Origin: an uncultured Verrucomicrobiae bacterium
Lineage (GTDB): Bacteria; Verrucomicrobiota; Verrucomicrobiia; Limisphaerales; UBA11358
Assembly: GCA_963789335.1 (NCBI GenBank)
Contig: CAWBKH010000001.1
Location: 307,304 to 371,303, forward strand
Length of the DNA stretch: 64,000 nucleotides
Direction of reading: 5' to 3'
Position numbers and translations under genes: made by a program. Below are positions 58,905 to 64,000 of the stretch, one piece after another; within the stretch, counting starts at the first letter, position 1; the number at the start of each line of letters is the position of its first letter. The notes below the pieces were generated by a model. It made no database searches. It was not told where the DNA came from and worked only from the letters and a program-made list of their open reading frames with translations.

Positions 58905-60203
58905 ATGGTGGAATTATTAAGATTAGAGAAGTTTTCGTTTGGGGTCGGGGATCGTTTTGCGCACCAAGCCAAGGCGCAGCTTCAGGCGTTTATCCTGGCC
59001 GCCGGGCAGGGCGCGGAGGTGATTCCGGTCTGGAACAAATCCAACCGCGAGCACGTGATCGTCGGCTCCGAGCCGGCCGGCGCCCGGGCGGCAGTGGAGT
59101 CAGCCGTGAAGGAATTGCACTGGCAAAAGGCCTATCACGTGGACGCCGACCATATCCAGTTGAAAACGGTGGACCGGTTCATTCCGCATTCGGATTTTTA
59201 CACGATTGACGTGGCGGATTGGATTGGGAAACCCGCCGACGCCAAGGCGGTGGCGGCTTTTCTCAAACGTCATGCGGAACTGGTCGGGCAAATCTCCATT
59301 CCCCAGATCGAGTGGCCGTTTCAAACCACGCCGGCGGAAGTGGAACGCATCGCCGGCAAGTATCTGCTGGCGGTGCAGGAAGCCGGGAAAATCTACCGCC
59401 ATATTGCCGAGATGAAAGGCGCGCGGAAATTCATCACCGAGGTTTCGATGGACGAGACCGACAGTCCACAAACGCCCCCGGAATTGTTAATCATCCTGGC
59501 GGCCATCGCCGACGAAAAAATTCCCATCCAAACCATCGCGCCGAAGTTCACTGGCCGTTTCAACAAGGGTGTTGATTACGTGGGAGACATTGCGCAATTT
59601 GAAAAGGAGTTCAATGATGACCTGGCCGTGATTGTCTTTGCGGTGAAGCAATATGGCCTGCCCGGCACGCTGAAATTGAGCGTGCATTCCGGCAGCGACA
59701 AGTTTTCCATTTACGCGCCGATCCGCCGCGCGCTGGCGCGGTTTGGCTCGGGTCTGCACATCAAGACGGCCGGCACGACCTGGCTGGAGGAAGTCATTGG
59801 ACTGGCGGAAGCGGGCGGCGACGGACTGGCATTGGCCAAGGAAATTTATGCCGGCGCGCTGGAACATTTGGAAGAGCTTTGCGCCCCTTACGCCTCGGTG
59901 ATTGACATTGATTTCTTGAAGCTGCCTTCCGTGGCAACCGTCAACGGCTGGAGTTCTAAGCAATTTACTTCGGCGCTGCGCCACGACCCAAGCAACCCGG
60001 CCTTTAATCCGCACCTGCGGCAATTAATCCATGTCGGATATAAAATTGCGGCCAAAATGGGCAATCGTTACCTTGACGCGTTGGAAAGACATGAAGACTC
60101 GGTGGCGAAAAACGTGACCGCCAATCTTTACGAACGTCACATGAAACCCTTGCTGGTGGGTGTGAGCAAAACCGCGTCCCTTGAGGCGCCCGTGCCGGCG
60201 TAG
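58905..60203 (+). CDS. uxaE: Tagaturonate/fructuronate epimerase
   Basis: SFGVGDRF, DADH, EVSMDET, APKFTGRFNKGVDY, KLSVHSGSDKFSIY, HIKTAGTTWLE. Confidence 0.88.
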   Translation: MVELLRLEKFSFGVGDRFAHQAKAQLQAFILAAGQGAEVIPVWNKSNREHVIVGSEPAGARAAVESAVKELHWQKAYHVDADHIQLKTVDRFIPHSDFYTIDVADWIGKPADAKAVAAFLKRHAELVGQISIPQIEWPFQTTPAEVERIAGKYLLAVQEAGKIYRHIAEMKGARKFITEVSMDETDSPQTPPELLIILAAIADEKIPIQTIAPKFTGRFNKGVDYVGDIAQFEKEFNDDLAVIVFAVKQYGLPGTLKLSVHSGSDKFSIYAPIRRALARFGSGLHIKTAGTTWLEEVIGLAEAGGDGLALAKEIYAGALEHLEELCAPYASVIDIDFLKLPSVATVNGWSSKQFTSALRHDPSNPAFNPHLRQLIHVGYKIAAKMGNRYLDALERHEDSVAKNVTANLYERHMKPLLVGVSKTASLEAPVPA

Positions 60204-60220
60204 GGGACAACGCTTGTGTT

Positions 60221-61693
60221 ATGAAATTCATACACGAAGATTTTCTGTTGCAAACGCGCACGGCCCGGCGCCTCTACCATCAATTTGCCGAGGCCGAGCC
60301 GATTCTGGATTTCCACTGCCATCTTTCGCCGAAGGACATTGCGGAGAACCGCCAGTTCAACAATCTCTTTGAAATCTGGCTGGAAGGCGACCATTACAAA
60401 TGGCGGGCGATGCGTTCCAACGGCGTGGCCGAACGCTTCTGCACGGGCGACGCCGATCCGTTTGCCAAATTCCAGGCTTGGGCCGCGACTGTGCCGCACA
60501 CACTGCGCAATCCGCTCTATCACTGGACGCATCTGGAATTGAAGCGTTATTTTGGCGTTGACGACCTGCTCGACGAGGCCAGCGCGGTCAGCATTTGGAA
60601 GGAAGCCAACTCACAGCTCGCCACACCGGAACTCACGACGCAGGGCATCCTGAAAAAATTCAAAGTCAAAACTTTGTGCACGACGGATGATCCGACGGAT
60701 GATTTGAGCCATCATAAAGCCATTCTGGCCGGCGACCTGGCCACGCGGGTGCTGCCCGCCTTCCGTCCCGATAAAGCGTTGGCGGTGCATCAACCAAAAC
60801 CATTCAACCAGTGGGTAAGCCGGTTGGCTAAAGCCAGCGACATTGAAATTGACAGCTTTGCGGAGTTTCTCGACGCCTTGCGCTCCCGTCATGACTATTT
60901 CCATGCGCAGGGTTGCCGCATTTCCGACCACGGCATGACCCAATGTTATGCGGATTTTTGTTCGGAGAAAACCGCAGCCATGATTTTTGCCAAGGCGCAA
61001 AAGGGAAAATCCGTTACACCGGAGGAACAGGCGCAGTTTTCGGCCTTCATGATGCTCTTTTTCGGACAACTGGACGCGGGAAAGGAGTGGACCCTACAAT
61101 TGCACCTCGGGGCGCAGCGCAACAATAATACTCGGCTGCTGAACCAGCTTGGCCCGGATACCGGCTTTGATTCCATCGGGGATTTTCCCCAGGCGAGCGC
61201 CTTGGCGGCCTATCTGGACCGTCTGGACCAGGAAAAGGCGCTGCCCAAGACCATCATTTACAACAACAACCCGGTGGACAACTACGTCTTTGCGACGATG
61301 CTGGGCAATTTCCAGGACGGCACAATGGCGGGCAAAATCCAGCTCGGTTCCGGCTGGTGGTTTCTCGATCAAAAGGAAGGCATCGAGTGGCAGCTTAACG
61401 CGCTTTCCAATCTCGGCCTGCTCTCGCGCTTTGTCGGCATGGTGACGGATTCCCGCTCGTTCATGTCGTATCCGCGCCACGAATATTTCCGGCGGGTGCT
61501 GTGTAATCTGGTCGGACGCGACGTGGAAAACGGCGAAATTCCCGACGATGACTCCCTGCTCGGACCAATGATTCAGAACATCTGCTATGCGAACGCGCAG
61601 CAGTATTTGAAACTGCCAACCAATGAATCCAACGGGGAAGACCGGAAGCGGTCCGGCACGCGCATTCAAAACACGACGCGGCGGGAAAAATAA
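60221..61693 (+). CDS. uxaC: Glucuronate isomerase
   Basis: PILDFHCHL, GDHYKWRAMR, NPLYHWTHLEL, GSGWWFLD, TDSRSFMSYPRHEYFRR. Confidence 0.97.
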   Translation: MKFIHEDFLLQTRTARRLYHQFAEAEPILDFHCHLSPKDIAENRQFNNLFEIWLEGDHYKWRAMRSNGVAERFCTGDADPFAKFQAWAATVPHTLRNPLYHWTHLELKRYFGVDDLLDEASAVSIWKEANSQLATPELTTQGILKKFKVKTLCTTDDPTDDLSHHKAILAGDLATRVLPAFRPDKALAVHQPKPFNQWVSRLAKASDIEIDSFAEFLDALRSRHDYFHAQGCRISDHGMTQCYADFCSEKTAAMIFAKAQKGKSVTPEEQAQFSAFMMLFFGQLDAGKEWTLQLHLGAQRNNNTRLLNQLGPDTGFDSIGDFPQASALAAYLDRLDQEKALPKTIIYNNNPVDNYVFATMLGNFQDGTMAGKIQLGSGWWFLDQKEGIEWQLNALSNLGLLSRFVGMVTDSRSFMSYPRHEYFRRVLCNLVGRDVENGEIPDDDSLLGPMIQNICYANAQQYLKLPTNESNGEDRKRSGTRIQNTTRREK

Positions 61694-61723
61694 AAATGCC
61701 CCCCGGTCGCTCTCTCTTCACGG

Positions 61724-62869
61724 TCAGCGCACCATACTGTCGCGAAATTGCTTCGGGGACATTCCGGTTGCCTGCTTGAACGCCACGCAAAACGTGTTGG
61801 CGCTTTGATAACCGCACAGGCCGGCAAGCACTTCCAGTTTATGGGTGGATTCCGCCAACAGACGCTTGGCCCGTTCGATCCGCATCCGTTGCAGCTCCTG
61901 TCCGGGAGTCCGCCCCACGTTTTCCAGAAAAGCCTTGTGCAATCCCCGCCGTGACATTGCGGCCACGCCCACCAAATCCTTGACGGTTATCGGCTCGGCG
62001 GCGTGTTCCCAAATAAATCGCAGGCTGTTGGCCACGCCCTTGTGGTTGATGGCCAGCAGATCGCTGCTCTTGCGCGTCACTATGCCATTCGCGGGAACCC
62101 GGATGGGCTTCTTCGGCGGAGCCTTGCCGTTCATCAAATCCTGGAGCAAGGAGGCGCCCGTATAACCCAAGGTCTGCAAGTTGGTGTCCACACTGGAAAT
62201 GGGCGTGTGCATCGTATCCGGGGCCAGAAGATAGTTTTCCGCCCCGATGATCGCCACCTGTTCGGGCACTGTCAGGCCCGCGCTCTCACACGATTCCAGC
62301 ACGTCGAGCGCCTGTTCGTCGTTGGCGGCAAAAACCGCCAAGGGTCTGGGCTTGGATTTCAACTGCGCAAGCAGCCATTTCCGCTTGTACCGCCACTGTT
62401 CCCGATCATTGCGGTAAGCCGGAGACCGATGCCACCGCAACCAGGTGCATTCATGCCCGGACCGTTTCAACGCCTCGACGAAACCATGGCCGCGTTCTTC
62501 ATACGTCCAGTTGTCGGTGTCGCTGTAGTACAAAAAATTGTGAAAACCGCGGGACAGAAAATGCTCGGCCACCAGTTGCGCGGCATGTTCATGATCCTCC
62601 AGCACCCGGGGAAATCGCAACTGAGGACGGCGGAAACTGAAATCCACCGTGGGTTTTTTGGCGCTGACGACAAATTCCGCCAGGTCATCTCCGGCTCCCA
62701 GCCAGGCCAGAATCCCGTGACCCTCCCAGCCCCAGGGAATCACCTTCTCCCGGGTCAAATTGGCCGAGAGATGCCAGTTGTGTTCCTGGGCGAATTTCTC
62801 TATCCCGCGATGCAACCGGTAGTCGTACCAACCCAGCGCGATTAAAACCCGCTTTTGTTTGTTTTGCAT
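61724..62869 (-). CDS. XylR-type regulator (LacI-like sugar-binding domain plus AraC HTH)
   Basis: AVFAAND, VPEQVAIIG, ISSVD; C-terminal RIERAKRLL...CGYQSANTFCVAFKQATGMSPKQFR. Confidence 0.88.
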   Translation of the reverse strand: MQNKQKRVLIALGWYDYRLHRGIEKFAQEHNWHLSANLTREKVIPWGWEGHGILAWLGAGDDLAEFVVSAKKPTVDFSFRRPQLRFPRVLEDHEHAAQLVAEHFLSRGFHNFLYYSDTDNWTYEERGHGFVEALKRSGHECTWLRWHRSPAYRNDREQWRYKRKWLLAQLKSKPRPLAVFAANDEQALDVLESCESAGLTVPEQVAIIGAENYLLAPDTMHTPISSVDTNLQTLGYTGASLLQDLMNGKAPPKKPIRVPANGIVTRKSSDLLAINHKGVANSLRFIWEHAAEPITVKDLVGVAAMSRRGLHKAFLENVGRTPGQELQRMRIERAKRLLAESTHKLEVLAGLCGYQSANTFCVAFKQATGMSPKQFRDSMVR

Positions 62870-63230
62870 AATTGGAAACTGACCCGGATAAGCGTCCTTT
62901 TCAATTGATTTTTACGGAGGGGTTCCGGCTAAGATCTTTCCATTTAAGGCTCTGAAAGAGCGAGGTTCTTGTTTTATTGGCTGAAAATTATTTGAGAAAT
63001 GGGAATTTCCACCAAAAAAGCACCGTGAAAAAACAAGCCAACGGCCAAACAGGTGCTCATTTTTCAAACATCTTTGCAACAATACGAGGCTGACACAACG
63101 GATTATTTCAGGTAATGTTTTTCAAACCATCAATGATAAGCGAAGCCGTAGCCGGACGATTGGCGTCGCGCGGCTATGGGCCGGAGACGATAAAATGAAA
63201 GTATTAATCCCAAAACCCTCTGGAAATACT

Positions 63231-64000
63231 ATGAAACAGATCCATTTAATCCTCGTAATTCTTCTTGGCGTCATTCTCGGCCAAAGTGCCAATGCCACCA
63301 CGGTTGTTACCGAACAGTTTCAAGACTATCTCGACGGGCAACTCGGCACTGTCGGAACAGGTAATACCGGCATCATCCCCGGCAATTGGCTTACTGCCTC
63401 AAGCGTTGGTGTCGTCGTCACCAATGGCAGCGGCAGTCTGGATGGAACAGCGCTGGGTTTGGTGGCGTCCGCCGGCGACAAGGCTGAAATATTAGTCTCT
63501 ACCAATTACGACCTCAACTCAGGTAATCCTAATGGTTGCTACATGGTATTCGCCAACAAGAATACGCCTTGGCCGGCCTTTCCGGGAACCAACGCCGTCA
63601 ATCTTTATTGTTCGTTCCTGTACCAGTTCAACGCCGCGACTAATTTCTGGACCAATGGGATTTCCCAGGTTGCCGTCATGCACCGTCAGAACAGCGGCGT
63701 TTACAGCACCCCCAGCGCGAGTTACTGGCGATTGTTCGCGATGTCAAATAGCGTGGAGTACGTCCAATTGGGAATTTGCAAAAATCCCTACGGCACCGAC
63801 CCAGGCCCTACAAATTGGGACAATACCTTGGTTAAGGTGGGAGAACCCTTTTTCGTAGTCGTTCGGCTGGAGATTGCCGCGACCAACGCCGCGTCGGAAT
63901 ATACCAACGATGAAGTTGATATGTGGATCAACCCGGCTCCGCAGTACTTCGGCACCAACGAAGCTAATGTGCCGACGCCCGACGTGACTTTGGCTGCGGG
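63231..64000 (+). CDS. Secreted protein of unknown function; runs off the window edge
   Basis: Not in the ORF track. MKQIHLILVILLGVILGQSANA signal peptide; frame stays open to the end (...FFVVVRLEI...VDMWINP...). Alternative ATG at 63195. Confidence 0.8.
   Translation, partial: MKQIHLILVILLGVILGQSANATTVVTEQFQDYLDGQLGTVGTGNTGIIPGNWLTASSVGVVVTNGSGSLDGTALGLVASAGDKAEILVSTNYDLNSGNPNGCYMVFANKNTPWPAFPGTNAVNLYCSFLYQFNAATNFWTNGISQVAVMHRQNSGVYSTPSASYWRLFAMSNSVEYVQLGICKNPYGTDPGPTNWDNTLVKVGEPFFVVVRLEIAATNAASEYTNDEVDMWINPAPQYFGTNEANVPTPDVTLAA

Noticed and set aside
1-64000. CRISPR arrays, tRNA/rRNA, riboswitches, prophage or defence genes
   Set aside because: None recognised by eye; small structured RNAs in intergenic gaps cannot be excluded without a covariance-model search.

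Overview
Bacterial chromosomal window. The gene repertoire (PEP-CTERM proteins, [17 protein letters not shown] prepilin-like proteins, LamG-like secreted proteins) suggests Verrucomicrobiota subdivision 3 (Pedosphaera/Limisphaerales-like); this is an inference. Almost all of it is glycan-foraging DNA: (1) 1-4.2 kb: prepilin, LamG protein and an unusual LuxR regulator; (2) 4.3-11.1 kb: a GlcNAc cluster without nagA; (3) 11.4-19.9 kb: a beta-1,3-glucan cluster with a GH149 phosphorylase; (4) 20.3-28.7 kb: a sigma54/NtrC module with a sulfotransferase and a YfhO-like membrane protein; (5) 29-64 kb: a large uronate-polysaccharide locus (GH2 x2, PL7, tandem PL38-like, GH79, uxaE, uxaC) with a pilin-like gene and LamG surface proteins but no SusC/SusD. 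An IS5-family element splits one LamG gene. The best candidate for an undescribed system is a protein sorting/modification pathway. Five unrelated secreted proteins and one unannotated orphan fragment share a C-terminal W-P...LQ...W...F(Y/F)R(L/V/I) domain, which swaps with PEP-CTERM on homologous cargo. Those proteins are strongly enriched in Thr-Asn (hand count about 73 TN vs 15 NT), while both PEP-CTERM proteins have no TN. No rRNA, tRNA or CRISPR was recognised. All family calls come from motif recognition by eye, not from database searches.
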